A stretch of 64,000 nt of DNA from Pristiophorus japonicus. Taxonomy: Eukaryota. Position numbers and translations under genes: made by a program. The stretch is taken from assembly GCF_044704955.1 (NCBI RefSeq), contig NC_091989.1, forward strand, positions 85,622,001 through 85,686,000. Direction: 5' to 3'. Shown in pieces: positions 50,143-64,000 of this stretch (positions are counted from its first letter, which is position 1; each line of letters opens with the position of its first letter). The notes under the pieces were generated by a model. The model did no database searches. It was given only the letters and a program-made list of their open reading frames with translations, and was not told the DNA's origin.

Positions 50143-51838
50143 AGGCTGAGTTTTCCCGTGAACAGAAGCTTTCAACTTCAAACATTTGGAACAGCCATAA
50201 GTATAAAAGGGAATACCACCCAAAACACGGACAAAAACGTATTGAAAACAACAACATCACATATTTCAACTCAATCAAAATGAAATTTAATTAATTATTT
50301 TAAAATTTAAATAATTTTTTGAAATATAAATTTACGTATTTGAAAGAGTTTCAGAATAAATTGTTTTAACATGGTTTAACATTTTTAATTATATTTACAA
50401 AAGTATTTTTGTGCACATGAAGGGCTGGAAGTTCCCTAAATGTACGCCCAGTTTTACACAGATATTTTGCCATTTTTGGTGAAAAATGGTGAACCGGTAG
50501 TTTTACAGAGGTTTTCCACTGATGGTTTTTAACTACAATTGGGAAGCGGACCACCAGCGTGCGAGGCTCGAAATACCACTTTTGCCAGAACGTGTCTATT
50601 CACGCACCCATATTCTGCGTGAAAACAAGCGGAGGGAAAACCTGCATTGCAGCACTTGGAACAGCGGTAGTTATGAAGACCTGCAAAAAAGGTAAGTTAA
50701 ATTCTTTATTTTTTAATTTTTTTAATGTGATTGGATAGTTAACTGCATTAGAGGGAGCAGCGTTGGCGGCCTGGCCCGGAAATCGGCGCGGTCCCTTCCT
50801 GCAAGCCCATCAGCAGGCCAACACCATCAAAGGGAGCAGCGTGCGGTGGCATAGCACTGCAGGAGAGCAACGGCTGCGAAGTCAGGTGCAGATTGCAGTG
50901 CGGGCAAGCACAGCAGGAAGGGCAAAAAGCGGCAAGAGTTTGTAGAAGGAAGTGACTGGGGCCCAGGAGAGTTGTGAGCCTGGGGCCCAGAAGAGGCGAG
51001 GGCCTAGGGGCAGCAAGAGCCAGCCAACACTGCTGTACGTGTGTGCAGTCAATCCGTGCAGTAGAGCAAGTCTCCAGTCGTCTTGGGTAATCCTTGCCAC
51101 TGGACCAAGACCTAGCTCTGTGAATCGCGCGTGGTGTCTGGTAAGCAACGGCCACCACACGTTAAAAAAATCCAACAGCAGGCATCTTCCACCCTCCAAG
51201 GTTTAACTCGAGGTCTGGAATATTAGGTCCGTCATTGAAACACCTGCGCACTCATTCCTTTTTGGCGTGGAACAAGTCATCCTCGTTTCGAGGAACTGCC
51301 TATGATGATGATGATGTCTTGTCAATGCTTTGTTAATTTTTTTGTTAGCTGAAAAATGATTTTTGGTATTTTTGCCCCCTCCCAACGTGTTTCTCGCAGC
51401 GCTACTCGGCCTCAGACTAAAGTTGCCAAGGATCACGGTTTTTAACATAAATCCTCGTGCAACATCGATTTTTAGCACTGTGTGCATTGTTTCATGTAGC
51501 TTAGGCCTTTTAAAAACTAATTGGGTGACAGTGGAAATTTTTATTAAAAATTACCGATATCACAAAAGGACGAATTTCTAGCCCAAAAATTCGTCAGCTG
51601 ATAAAAACCTAAAGCACGCTTTTATCAGTCATTATAATTTCAATTAGATTTTGCTGGGCAGGAGTTGGCCAAATAGCTACTTACCTTCAGATGCATGTGA
51701 ACTCTCAAGAGGATTCTTGACAGATCACAAGTTCTGGATTTAGGCACATCTGCTTTGCACATCTAAAGCGGAACTTGCGAGGGTCCAAAGGGTGTGCGCG
51801 CATTTCATATGTGCACGTAAAGATCGCAAATTCAGCTC
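50143..51838. mobile_element. Chained MITE-like elements
   Basis: AATT..GCCC-type termini; internal modules shared, inverted, with 54700-56390. Confidence 0.45.
50750..51316 (+). mobile_element. GC-rich SINE-like element with (ATG)n tail
   Basis: Ends AACTGCCTATGATGATGATGATG; the 3' half matches 10590-10797. Confidence 0.7.
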
Positions 51839-51849
51839 CATTGACCGAG

Positions 51850-52570
51850 TAAAAAATAATTGGCAATTTTGGGCAAATGAATGTATGTCAGCACGGGTTT
51901 TCTAAAGACAGATTGTATTTGACCAACTTGATCGAGTTCTTTGATACAGTAATAGAGTGTCGATGAGAGTGGTATGTTGTGTGTATGGAATTTGAAAAGG
52001 CATTTGTAAGTACCATATAACAGACATTTTAGCAAAATTAATGACCATGGTTTTCAGACTGGATAAAGCACAATAAGCAGTGAGCAAAGTTGAACAGATT
52101 TCTTTCAGATTGGAGGCAAGTATACAATGGCATTTCCGTGGGTTGGTGATTGGGACAACGTCTTGTATAATATCTACTAATGACCTGGAATTGAGATAGA
52201 GTTAACAATTTCAAAGTTTGCAGTTGACTCAAAAGTCGGAAAACTACTTAAAAATGAGGAGGATACCAACAGCCTTCTATCGAACATAGACAGAATGATA
52301 AGCTGGGCAGATAGGTGGTGGGTGAAATTTAACGCAGACATGAGTGAATTGATACATTTTGGTGGGAAGAAAGAGGAGTGGCAATATGAACCAAATGGTA
52401 CATATTAAAGTAGGTGCAGGAACAGCGAGACAATGGTGTGTATGTACGCAAATAATTGAAGGTGGCAAGAAAGATTTAAATGCAGTTAAACAGCAGACGG
52501 GATCCTTGATTCTATTAATAGAGGACTATATTACAAATACAATGAATTATGTTAAACCTATATACAGGGT
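51850..52570 (+). mobile_element. Old CR1 RT fragment (3' end probably at ~54330-54590)
   Basis: CAGCACGGGTTT (QHGF), AAAGGCATTT and AAAGTTTGCAG remnants. Confidence 0.6.
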
Positions 52571-52769
52571 TTGATTACCTGCATGAACATCTTTGCAGCT
52601 ACTGCGCATGTACACAGTATCCAAGAATTCCACATGCACATCCGTTTCCCTTCTGCGAATGCACCCTTTAACGGAGGCCAGGCATGCGCAGTATCCAACA
52701 GTGTGGCCTGCACTGTGGGCCAAATTTTTCTCTGCAATGGAAAGAGAAGGCCATTCGATCCATTGGTGG

Positions 52770-53620
52770 AGCAGGGAGGGGGGAGGGTGGGCGTGGAGAA
52801 GCGAGAGTGGCGAAAGTAGAGAGAGAGAAAGTGGGAATCGAAGGTGCAGATAGATGAGTTACCTAAGGAGGAAGAGAGAGGTAAGTGGAGGGAAGACAGA
52901 TATTCTGGCGATTGGAACCGGCTGGGGGTAGTGGAGATCAGAGGGGGAGACAGAGGGATTTGGAGGGGGAGACAAAGAATGAATCGGAGAGAGGAGATCG
53001 GAGTGGCGAAGGAGAGAATGTAGATTGAGGGATAGAGAGAGAGAGCAAATCGGGGGGAGATAGAGAGAGAAGATTTTAGAGCGGAGAGAGAGAGAGACTG
53101 GAGATGCGAGGGTCAGAGAGAAGGTCAAAGAGGGGAAAAAGAGTAAGGGAATCGGAATGAGGAGGGAGAGAGGGCATCTGAGGAGTGAGAGTGAGCGAAT
53201 AGAAGCGGGTGAGGAAGGGGCGAAAGAGGGAATCGGTATGGGAAAGGGAGAAGGGTTAGGACGGGAGAGAGCGAGGGATTCGGAGTGGAGAGAGAGTGGA
53301 TAGGAATTGAGATAGGGAGGAGATAGGAAGTTAGAGCTAGAGTCGACTGGCGAGAGACAGGATTGGAAGGGGTAGAGATGGCATTGTAAGGTAAGAAAGG
53401 AGGAGGAGAGAGGACCGAGCGAGAAAAGAGGGAGAAAGAGGAGGGGTAGAGAGGAGGGGAAGAGGGAGAAGAAGTGGTGAGATGGGGAGCGAAAGGAGTG
53501 GGAGAGAGAGGGACGAGGATGAGAGAAGAGTAGAGAGTAAGAGGTGGGTTTGCAGAGTTGGCAAGATGAAGCGAGATGATCGGAGGGGAGGGAAGATATG
53601 GTCAGGAAAGCGGGGAGCAC
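52770..53620 (+). repeat. Purine-rich (GA) low-complexity tract
   Basis: About 850 bp dominated by G and A on the plus strand. Confidence 0.9.
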
Positions 53621-53749
53621 ATGATCCAGTACTGTCATTATTCATTTCATACCCAATAAACCTGTTAATAACCTACAACAATGCACCAATTAATGGGGAG
53701 GTGATGAAACCGGGGGCAGATACATGCACAGTGGGAGAATGTTTGAACC

Positions 53750-54200
53750 CGGTGGAGGGACTTGGGCATTAGCAGTTGGTCAGGAATCCGGGGATAGGAA
53801 TGATTTAAGGTACGGGGGTGATCGTAAAGAAATTGAGGAACCTGGGCTGAGGGGCAACGTCAGAAATTGGGAGTGGGTGACAGCCTCGGGACAGCTGAGG
53901 AGGAGGTCAGTAACTTGGAAGGGGAAATAGCCAGAAAAGTGGCAAGGAGAAAAGGACTGGAACTTAGGGGGTGTGGTGGCCAGGAACTTGGGCGGTGTGG
54001 AGAAGGTCAGGAATTTTGGTGGGGGAGAAGTTCAGAAACTCCTGGGGGAGGTCGTGAACTTGGGTGAGAAGGAGAGTTCAGTAACTTGGGCAGGTGGAGA
54101 AGGTCAGGAAGTTTGGCAGGGAGAGAAGGTGAGGAACTTGTTTGGAATAAGATTAGGACCTAGTTGGGGGGAATTAGCAACGTGATTGGGAGTGGGAGAT
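53750..54200 (+). repeat. Degenerate G-rich minisatellite
   Basis: Recurring GAGAAGGTCAGGAACTTGGG-like units. Confidence 0.7.
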
Positions 54201-54699
54201 GGGCCATGTTGTTTCTACGTGAGCTCTGGTCTGTCTGGAGCATGTCAATCAGAATTACTCAATTTATACTTTGTAAAGTAACTGATTACTAAGGCAGGCA
54301 TGATCTAATTACACATTCCAGATATACAGCTGAGAACCAAATGCGAAGTGAGGACACAATTTATACAGTGACTTGATGTGCTCTATGATACATTGCCTGA
54401 AAGTGTAGTGGAAGCAGGTTCAATTGTAACATTCAAAATAAAATTGAATACATACATGAAGGGCAAAAATGTTCTGTGCAATGTAGAACGTAAAGAGGAA
54501 TGGGAAAATTGGTTAGCTTTATTGAAAAGCAGGCACCTGCAGGTTTGCCGAATGTCCTCTTGTGTGCTGTATCATGCTATATGTCCATGATTTTTAATAT
54601 TTCTACAAACGAACAGATTGCAGGAAAGTTTGCATGAGAGTATTAATTGGTCTCACATAGAAGAAACTTTTGAGCTATATTTCTAAATGATAGATAATA

Positions 54700-56390
54700 A
54701 TGACCCAAATTCGTAGTGTATGCGGGCAGGTACGAGGTTTCCACACACATGCAGGGGTGTCACAATTTCCGGGGTTAGGCATACAAAGTGCCTGCATCTA
54801 AACCCGGAACTTGAGATCTGTCAAGAATCCTCTTGACAGATTGCAGGCATCTGAAAGTAAAGGGAATTTGCGGGCGGAGAGTTGGGCTATTTCTTGAAGT
54901 TCTACAAGTGAATGACCTTGCAACTCTAAAGCTTGATCAACGCAGGCGTAAGGCCAGCTTTTTTCAGCGTAAGACTTTTAAAAAAGATAAAAAAAATACA
55001 CTTTATTGAATAATTTAAACATTTAAAATCCTGTTAAACAAGGTAAGTTTAATTTAACACCATTTAATATATGTAAATTGATTTTCCAAAAAAATGTTTT
55101 TCAATAATTAACTAAGATCCATTTTGATTAATTTTAACCATGTGATGTTTTTGTTTATTTTTTTGTGATTTTATGTTTTTGAGATGCTACTGTTTATACT
55201 TAAGGGAACTCACAAGTATGAATGGTAAAACCCCTACTCTGATTCGTTGGGCCAGCCCGTGTGATCCCGGGGACACGTACAAAGTGCTTAAGGCTGAGAG
55301 ATACATGGGCCTCTATATAGGGACCCAGGAGCGCAAGTCTGAAGAACTCCCGGACCACGAGGTAGATTCGTGGAATATTCTCAGTTAAGTGGCATCTGCC
55401 CACGGGATGCCTCTGACGCAATTTATGGGGCAATATTGGCTTGTACACAGTGGCCTGGAAAGCCCGGATTCTCCGGATCGGTACTGAATGTCAACGGAAA
55501 CGGGAGGCATTGCAAAAGCCGGTTTTCAGCACGCAATTCGCATGCGCTAAAACTCGGCTTTTCCAAACTGTTAAACTGGATCTTGACAGATCCAATACAT
55601 ATCTTGCCCAGGAAATGCCCGCAAAACTCTTGCGCCTGATGAAATAAATTGTGGGCCAAAAATTGTGACCTCGTCATGTGCGTACGATATGTGCAAAAGA
55701 AACAGCAGTGCCTTGCAAAATACGTGACAGGCGAAGCAGATGCGCTGATAACGAACCGTCTTTTTCAATCTGTCAAATTTTCTTTTGACAGATCCAACAC
55801 ATCCATGGGATTAGGATAGCCGTGTGGCAAAGATTTGGCTATTTGCCCAACACTAGCCCAGCGAATATGCTTCAAACACTTATGATTGGTAAAAGCAGCG
55901 GCACAGTCTACTTTTACCAACCAAAGTGTTTTAAAGGATAGAAGCATAACATTTAATCACACATTTTTATGTTAAAAAACCTGAACATTAATGTAAGTTT
56001 ATTTTTAACACTTATTGAAACACATGAAAAAAATCCATTTATTTTTCTAAAACATTTTATTAAATTCAATTTCAAATAATTTTTAATAGGTGAGATATTT
56101 TTTTATTTATTGCTTTGTTTTTCTTTGGTTTAGGGTAGAATTCTCATTGATATTAACGAGAGGTCCATACAACCAGAGTTCCCATTAATATCAGTTAGAA
56201 TACCAAATAGTGCTTGATGGTCCAGGCTGCACTTACTTATATGGAATACATGTTCCGGTGCGCTGCACAGCGATAGAAGGCCTCCGACCGGAATCCTGCT
56301 TTACTCCGGGACCACCAGTTATTTTCGTAAGTTTTGATTGGGTCTGATGCGTTCGTCTGAAGGAAACCTGCGACCACAATTATTTCCCCA
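54700..56390. mobile_element. Two adjacent MITE-like elements (junction ~55655)
   Basis: Each carries an ATCTGTCAA..TTGACAGAT hairpin, TTGG(G)CTATTT and GTAAGTTTA modules, and an AT-rich core. Confidence 0.55.
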
Positions 56391-56889
56391 TTTTGCTGTG
56401 TAACTGGCATCTGCAGAACCATGAAGGTCTGGTTTTTGGGCTGGAAATACCTGTGAGTCTATCAGCAGATCCAGTAATACGGAGTAAATTGGCAGCAAAA
56501 TAATTATTCAAACATGCACAGTTGAAGAGGGTAAGGCTAACACTCATGTTTGTTATCGTGAAATTCTCACAGCCACTTGCAGAGTGGAGTTAAGTGCAAA
56601 AATCTGGAATGTGCTGTCCAATTTGACATCATCCTCCAAAAGTTTTGCTACAATTGTATCTCACTAAGAGACAAGAAACGGCGTGAACATGCTGTACCTA
56701 CTTGATAGATGCACAATACACTGCTCAGAAAAAGCTAGGGCTTGTCCAGTCAAGTGCAAGTGAATTATAATCGCTGCATAAGCCTTAATTACTGCCAAAC
56801 AACGCCTCTGGCACTGAAGGTTAACTTTTGCAAGTGTGGTGTCTCATTCCTTCAGATGTAATGCAGTATGGAAACAACAATGTGATAAT

Positions 56890-57141
56890 GTCAAGAAAAT
56901 CGGTTTTCGAATGATGTTGATTGAGGGATAAAGATTTCCTTGCTCTTCTTTGCAATAGTGCCATGGGATATTTTATGTCCACATGAAAGAGCAGACCGTG
57001 TCTCGATTTAAATATCTTGGAAAATACAGCAACACTTTCTCAGAACTGCACTACTGCGTGCCAGCCTAGATTTTTGTATAGGACTTAGAACTCACAACCT
57101 TCTGCCTCAGAGGCGACAGTGTTATCAACTGAGCCAGCGCT
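56890..57141 (-). mobile_element. tRNA-derived SINE (DeuSINE/SacSINE1-like)
   Basis: Minus strand begins GGCTCAGTTGATAACACTGTCGCCTCTGAGGCAGAAGGTTGTGAGTTCTAAGTCC (A/B box-like), followed by a Deu-like TAAAATATCCCATGGCACTATT. Confidence 0.7.
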
Positions 57142-57689
57142 AAGAGCTGTATAGAGAGAAAGAAAATGGTTTGATGTGAACGTAATGTTGACTTAAATGA
57201 GAAAGTCAGCAGTACTGGAGGAACGGGTGGAGCATAGAATTAGTGCGAGCGGAGTGAGTGATGGCCAAAAATAAAGCGAGATCGAAGTGCAGGAGGATAG
57301 AAAGGCCGAATTGAATGTAATAAAACAAGGCGAACGATTTAGAAATTATACATTCTTAGAGTGGAAGAAACACAAATGTATTTGGATGCAGGAGGGTGAA
57401 TGTCAACTGACCAAGGCGACTTTCATTCGTTACTTGTCTCAATGTCATCTGTCCATCTGTTCTAAAATGTTAGCGCAGAATTGTATTCATGTTTGGATAG
57501 GTTGCGATAGCAAAGATGGCATCGTTTTTATCACTGGAGCCACAAGAATACAAAGAAGGACGTCTGGAATACTGACCGGGCTGCCACAGCATCACAAGCA
57601 CCCCAGAGATATATAATCATGCCTGACAGAAGGAGGCGATTCCGGTCATGAAGCTTCTTGGAAAGAATTATCAAATTCATGCCACTCAC

Positions 57690-59230
57690 CCACTTTTTCT
57701 TTACCATAACCCTGTAGATATGTTCAAGTGCCTTTGGAAAGTTATATTGAATGTGCTTGCACCACTGTTTCAGGCAAAACATTACAGATCATAACAACAC
57801 CATGCATAAAATAAATCCGCATCTCTCCTCTAGTTATTTTGTCAATTTTTTAGAATATGTGTCTTCTGGTCATTGATCCATCTGCAAGTGGAAACGTTGT
57901 ATCCTTATTTATTCTATAAAACGCCTCATATTTTTGAACGTCTCTATTAAAATCTTTCCTTAACCTGCCCTGCTCTGAAGTGAAGAATCATTTTTTTTTA
58001 ATCTCTCCACATAATTGAAGCCTCTCATCCCTCGTTTAGTTCTGGAACATCTGCCCTGCAGGCTCGCCATTGCCCTGGCATCATTCTTAACGTGTACTGC
58101 ACAGAACTGCGCATGATGCCCAACCAGTGCTATAAAACGATTGAGCACAACTTCCTTTTTTATGTAATCTATGACACTCTCAATAAATCCCATATAATAA
58201 CAGCTTCATGAACTTGCCTTGCCACTTCAAAGAGTTGTGCATATTAATTCCTGTGCAGCCATTAAAATTGTACCTTTACTTTAAATTGCCTTGCAAATTT
58301 CTTCCTCCTGAAATGTATCACTTCAGACTTATTTGCAATAAACGTAATCATACATGTATCTATACATTTCAGCAGTGTCGACGTCCTCGTAATGTCAGTA
58401 ATTAAATAGTGTTACTATTTACTGCTCTTACAAGTTTTTTTTCTCAGCGGTAAATTTGGAATGAAACAACCTACAATCAAGTTCAAGTCATTAATATATA
58501 TTAAAAAGAGCAGTGGTCCTAATACCGAATCCTGGGCAACAGCACTACACACGTCCTTCCAGTCTGAAGTAACCAACATTTACCACTACTTTTTGGTTTC
58601 TGTCTTTTATGCAATTTCGTATACACGCTACCACTGTCCCTTTAATTCTATGAGCTCAGTTTTCACAACGTGTCTATTATCAAAGGTTGTTTCAAACTTA
58701 ATATACACTATATGATTTGCACTACCATCATCATCAATCTCTGTTATTTAATCATAGAACTCAATTACATTTCTGAGATATGACCCGCCTTTAATATATT
58801 TATGTTGTCCATCATGTATTAATTTTTTTTGTCGAAGAGTAAATAATTTTGGATATGACGACTAGATTCTTTTCCACCATAGATTTTGGCTCACTGGCCT
58901 GTACTTACTGGATTCAGCACTCCCATTTTTTGAACAGTGATGTCACATTTGCAATGTTCAATCCTCTGGCTCCACCCCCATATCGAAGCAGGGCTGGCGG
59001 ATTGTAGCCCAACCCCCTGCAATTTCCACGCTAACTTGCCTCAGCAACCTTGGAAGCATCTTTTCTGGACTGCATCACATTATTACTTAGAAGACTGCCA
59101 ATCTTTATATACATCCTCTTTATTTATTTTCCTGCTATTTTTTCTGACCTGTCATCCTTTACTGTAATATTTGCAGAATCATCTTCTTTTGTGAAGACAG
59201 ATATTTTAATCATTCAGAGCCTCTGACTCC
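57690..59230 (-). mobile_element. Old CR1-like fragment
   Basis: FCAVH...RGMRGFNYVERLKK remnant (ORF 57960-58193) and further degenerate RT segments. Confidence 0.65.
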
Positions 59231-60929
59231 ACAACCATATATCATTTTTGGTCCCTCCCCAGCCGCACCACATCCTTTCACGTTTATTTTAATCTTTCTA
59301 AATTTATAATACACTTTAGCGCTCCCTGTTATGTTACCCACTATTATTTTTGATACACTGTCTTTGCCAGGGCTGACAGCTCCATAAGCATTTATGTCAT
59401 AACTTGCAAATCCGCACGTTTTCCTAAAAAAGGCAAGCTGATGAACAAGTACCCGTTCAGCAGCCGTTTCCAGGTCCACGATGAATGGATGCTAATGTGT
59501 ACTTTTTTACCTAATGTCATGTTTTTTTAACAGTGGCGTGAATTTTCTTTCTATACTTGAAGGAGGTCGATTGCTTAGAGGCTTAATTAAATTCGTGAGC
59601 CTGACGGTCACCCACACACATACATTTGGAATGTAGTCTGCATTATACCTCTTAGTGTTGCATATATCTAATAATTTTGTCACGATGCACTGCTCATCAT
59701 TCATATTGTCAGTTCAGCACCAATTCAGTGCGTTCCAGATCACTGGAAGCCAAAAGTGTAGAGGAGCCCAAACCATTGCATTGATGTGTGGCTTGCGAAT
59801 TAACATAAAGACAGGTTTCTGTGACATTCATTTCCAACTGAGTGATTTTTAAAAGGTGAACTTTCCATATACTGCCCCAATTATGAATTAAGCAATGCTA
59901 CAGTCCGAAGTATTCTATATTCTGATAAACGTCCAAAAGGAAATAACGCTAATATGCCCCATTATTCCCTTAGTGATAATCTGAGGTTATTCTTCTTGGT
60001 CTCAAATGGAACAATCTGTCACTAGTTTCCCTAAAAGGAACTTTCAGAAGTTGAAAAAGTCCCCTTATTCATCATCAAGAGTCTCTGCTCCACTGGAGAA
60101 TGGAGTCCACCTAACTCATTCTTCATGCATCAAATCTGTTATTCCTCAATACACTCTAATGAATCTCTACACTTTAAATAGCAGCAAAACACTTTGTTAT
60201 AATGAGCTGGACAGAACAGCACGTGGTTGACTCGACCGAAGCCTCATGCAAATTCAACATGGCTGCATTTCTTTTATATTGATTTCACAAATGAATAAAA
60301 CACCAAATTCCCATTTGACTTTTAATGGCTTTTTATTATATTCATACTTCTCCCTTCTAAGTATTATATGGGGCCTCGAACTGGATGCTCACCCAAGTTA
60401 CCAATATTTGCTTCCAGTTCATGGAACGCCACCTCGAGTCCACAAAGATAATTATGTACCTCAAATTATTTTTGAAATATATCATTTTAATTGAATACTA
60501 ATATAAATACAACAAAATATCTAGCGTTCATGCGCAGCCGAGGTAATTCCATTTCATTAACAAACGTAAACCTGCATTATTATTTTGAGAAATGCAACAA
60601 CAGTCGATGGATGTGTGATTCTACTGATCTAACATAAACCACAGGACACAGCTGTACATCAACTTGTTCCGAAACAGATTCTGTTGAGCCGAGCATTAAA
60701 GCAAAAGGAAATATTCGAGAGCTGGCCTCAGATCAACACGTACAAATTTTTCCACTATCAGTTTAATCAGTTTTCTAGTTTATAGATGTTGTTATTAGTC
60801 ATCGTAGGCATTGGAACTTCTCCGATTTCAAGCATTTGCAGATTTTATCAGTAAACTGCAGTGTCGCTCGAGCTCGATGCAGCCTATAACAAAAAAAAAC
60901 CATTACGAAGCCAACCGATAAGAACAAAT

Positions 60930-62606
60930 TCTGCATTCCAACCAGATCCACCTTGTTTGGTGGTAGACAATTAATAAACTAACATGACGAGGAGGCTTCA
61001 TATGTATCCCCAACCTAAATAATGATAAGCCCAGCCCGTGTGTGCGAAATGCAACGCTGATGCATTCTCAACATTCTTCAACCAGAGATTTCGAGTGCTG
61101 ATCCATCTAGCTTCATCCTAACGTCCTACCAACACAGATATCTGTGTTCAGCAAATCCAATTGGGATGTCCTTATATTAAGAAACGATACAGAGCACAGG
61201 ATCGTGCCAAGGCTTTAGGACTCTGACAAAATTCAGCTGTAGCATTTACGGCTGTACTACCAACGCCTCTATCCAAACTACTTCAGTACAGCTATAGCAC
61301 TGATACCGACGTGAAAATGTAAAAATTTACCCGGTCATGTCCCGTCCACAAAATATAGGACAAATCCAAACCTGCCACTTTGTGCCCCATCAAACGACTA
61401 TGAATCATATTTAAAGTGATGGAAGGTGCCGTCTACAGTGGTCTCAGTTGGCACATATTTACCAATACCCTGCGCACTGATGCTCAATTTGGGTTCTGCC
61501 AGAACTAGTTGGCTCCGTAAATCATTAAAGCGTTGTTCCAAACATGGACAAAAGAGCTCAATTGCACAGGTGAGACGAGAGTGACTACCCTCGACCTCAA
61601 GGGAGCATCTGTTGCATGTCGGAGCCTTGTAGAACTGAGCCCAATGATTTCATCCCTCCGACATCGCTGCAGAAGTTGCTTAGTGCAATGTCCTAGGCCC
61701 AAGCATCTTTAACTGCTTTATCAATGAACTTCCCGCTGTCATAAGGTTGGAAGTGAGGAATTACGCTGTTTATTTTACAGTATTCAGTTCCATGCACAAT
61801 TCGTCAGATCATAAAGAAGTCCATGGCCATATGCAGCAAGACCCGGAAAACATTCTGCGTTGGGCTGATAAGTGGCAAGTAAAATTTGAGCCACACAGGT
61901 ACAAGATAATGACGATCTCTAACAACATATAGGCTAGCCATCTCCCTTTGCCATTCAATGGCACTACATTCGTCGAAATCCCCAGCTCAACATCCAGGGG
62001 TTCCCATTTTTCAAACAATTAACTGCAAAAGCCAGATACATGCTGTGGTTACCATAACAGGTACGAGGCTGGGTGTTCTGCAACGAGTGACACACCTCCT
62101 GACTGCCAATTCCTTTCCCACACCTACATGGTACAAGTCAGGAGTTTCAGAGCAAACTCTCCACTTGCCTCAATGAGTGCAGCTCCAAAATCACTCAGGA
62201 ACCTTGACACCATCCCAGACATATCAGTCCAGCAGCGGCAAAACGTAGGTGCAGTGTGTATCATACAAAAGAAGTACTGCTCCAACTCGCCAAGGCTACC
62301 CAACAGCACCTCCTAAAACCGTGACCGCGAAAACATAGATGGACAAATTTAGCAGGCCCATGGGCCACCACCTTCTCCAAGTTCCCCTCCTAGTCACACA
62401 TCACTCTGAATTCGAAATATACCGCCGTTCTTTCACCGCCAATATCCTACCAATCCATCTATAACAGCATTGTCGATGTATATTCAACACACAGACTGCA
62501 GTGTTTCAAGGAAGTGTCTCACTACCTTCTTGGTGCCAACTAGGTATGGACAATAATTGCTAGCCATGCCATAGATGCCCACATCCGGTGAATGAATAAT
62601 AAAAAG
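60930..62606 (+). mobile_element. Old non-LTR LINE (CR1/L2-group RT, family unassigned)
   Basis: GATGCTCAATTTGGGTTC (DAQFGF) and WADKWQVKFEP; tail GTGAATGAATAATAAAA. Confidence 0.7.
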
Positions 62607-62827
62607 AGTTCTTTCAGATGCAGCATGTTAATTCAATACTAAAGTCTAATCAGCCATTAACGCCGGCTTGTTAACAAATATAAAGCAATAGGCGGGAGTT
62701 GTCACTGAAAAAATACATCTCAGGCCCGCTTCAACCATCGTAATGTAGTGGTTGATGAGGATTTATTTACTGTGACTTGCTCAGACGTTCCTGCGGATAT
62801 TTCAGCCACGTTAAGGCAGATGTTGGG

Positions 62828-63802
62828 AACATAGAACATAGAAAAATAGGAGCAGTAGTAAGCCCTTCGCGTCTGCACCGTCAATCAGTATGATCATGGC
62901 TGATCCTCTATCTCAACACCATATTGCCGCTTTTTCCCCATACCCCTTGATGCCTTTTGTTTCTCGAAACCTATTTATCTCCCTATTAAATATATTCAGT
63001 GAATTGGCATCCACAGCCTTCTGTGGTACACAATTCAAGGCAATCAGCAACCTCTGAATGAAAAAATGTCTCCTTAACTCCTATCCCGTATCCTGAGACT
63101 GTGACCACTTGTTCTAGACTTCTCAGCCAGGGGAAACATCCTCCCCGCATCCAGTCCATCAAAAACAGTCAGAATTTATGCGTTTCAATAACATTCCCTC
63201 TCATTCATCTAAAGTGAATACAGGCCTAGTCTCAACCAATCTCTCCTGATATGACAGTCCTGCCATTCCTGGAATCAGTCTGATGAACATTCCTTTCATC
63301 CGCTCTATGACAAACGTATCCTTTCTTATGTAATGAGAACAATACTGCACACAATACTCCAGGTGCGCTCTCACCAAGGCCCTGTATAACTGCAGTAAGA
63401 CATCCTTGCTCCTGTACTCAAATCCTCTTGCAATGAAGGCCAACATACTATGCTTCTTACTAACTGCTTGCTGCAGCTACATGTTTGCTTTCAATGGTTG
63501 GTTTACAAGGACACCCAGGTCCCTCTGTACATCGACACTTCCCAAGCCAATTATATAATACTTTATCCTCATGTTTTTCCTACCAAAGTGGATAACTTTA
63601 CATTTATCCGCATCTGCCATGTGTTTGCCTACTCACTCATCTTACCTAAATTGTCTTGCAGCGTCTTTGCATGCTCCTCACAGCGCACAATCCCTCCTAG
63701 TTTTGTGCCATCAGCAAACTTGGAAATATTACATTTGGTTCCCTCATCCAAATCATTTATATATATTGTGAATAGCTGGGGCCCAAGCATTGATCCCTGC
63801 TG
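62828..63802 (-). mobile_element. 5'-truncated CR1
   Basis: QGSMLGPQLF, KFADGTK and MLAFIARGFEY motifs; AACATAGAACATAGAAA tail. Confidence 0.9.
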
Positions 63803-64000
63803 TGAACGAACCACTGGGGAAATTCAAGGTCAATTGATTGGAAAGAATTATCAACAATATTATTTCTGCAACATCAATAAAGTAAACAGTGCCCCTAATG
63901 AAAGTAACAAACAGTAGTGCTTTATTTAAAAACCCTGTTCATTAACACAATGCAGAAGGCAAGAATTGCTAATGTTTAAATTTGTGATTTGTGTCATTTA

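Noticed and set aside
52859-53638. 259-aa minus-strand ORF rich in Ser/Leu/Pro
   Set aside because: Artefact of the pyrimidine-rich strand of a low-complexity tract.
59380-60900. Apparently unique sequence with splice-like sites
   Set aside because: The frames examined gave no recognisable domain or consistent exon chain.

Overview
Vertebrate genomic DNA, most likely from a cartilaginous fish (inferred from abundant CR1 LINEs with (TTCTATGT)n-type tails, L2 fragments and elasmobranch-like SINEs/palindromic repeats). Most of the window is transposon-derived. One host gene can be reconstructed on the + strand (about 11405-30094). It is an immunoglobulin-superfamily receptor with a leader exon, a single-exon germline-joined VJ-type domain, a C1-set domain, a TM exon and cytoplasmic exons with ITIM/ITSM-like tyrosine motifs (SIRP/NKp30-like). 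It carries a TAA in the J-like G strand and other lesions, so it is probably a pseudogene or null allele, although an in-frame cryptic donor could bypass the stop. Its long post-TM intron holds a ~4-kb tandem duplication, a young CR1 with an intact 668-aa RT frame, and a near-perfect 384-bp inverted duplication covering a candidate cytoplasmic exon. The window starts inside a minus-strand LTR retroelement (5' LTR 2600-3228, 18-nt PBS for tRNA-Ser(CGA)); its internal region is very A-rich and full of stops, possibly from G-to-A hypermutation. Boundaries of old repeats are approximate. No prokaryotic-type features (CRISPR, rRNA operons) were seen.
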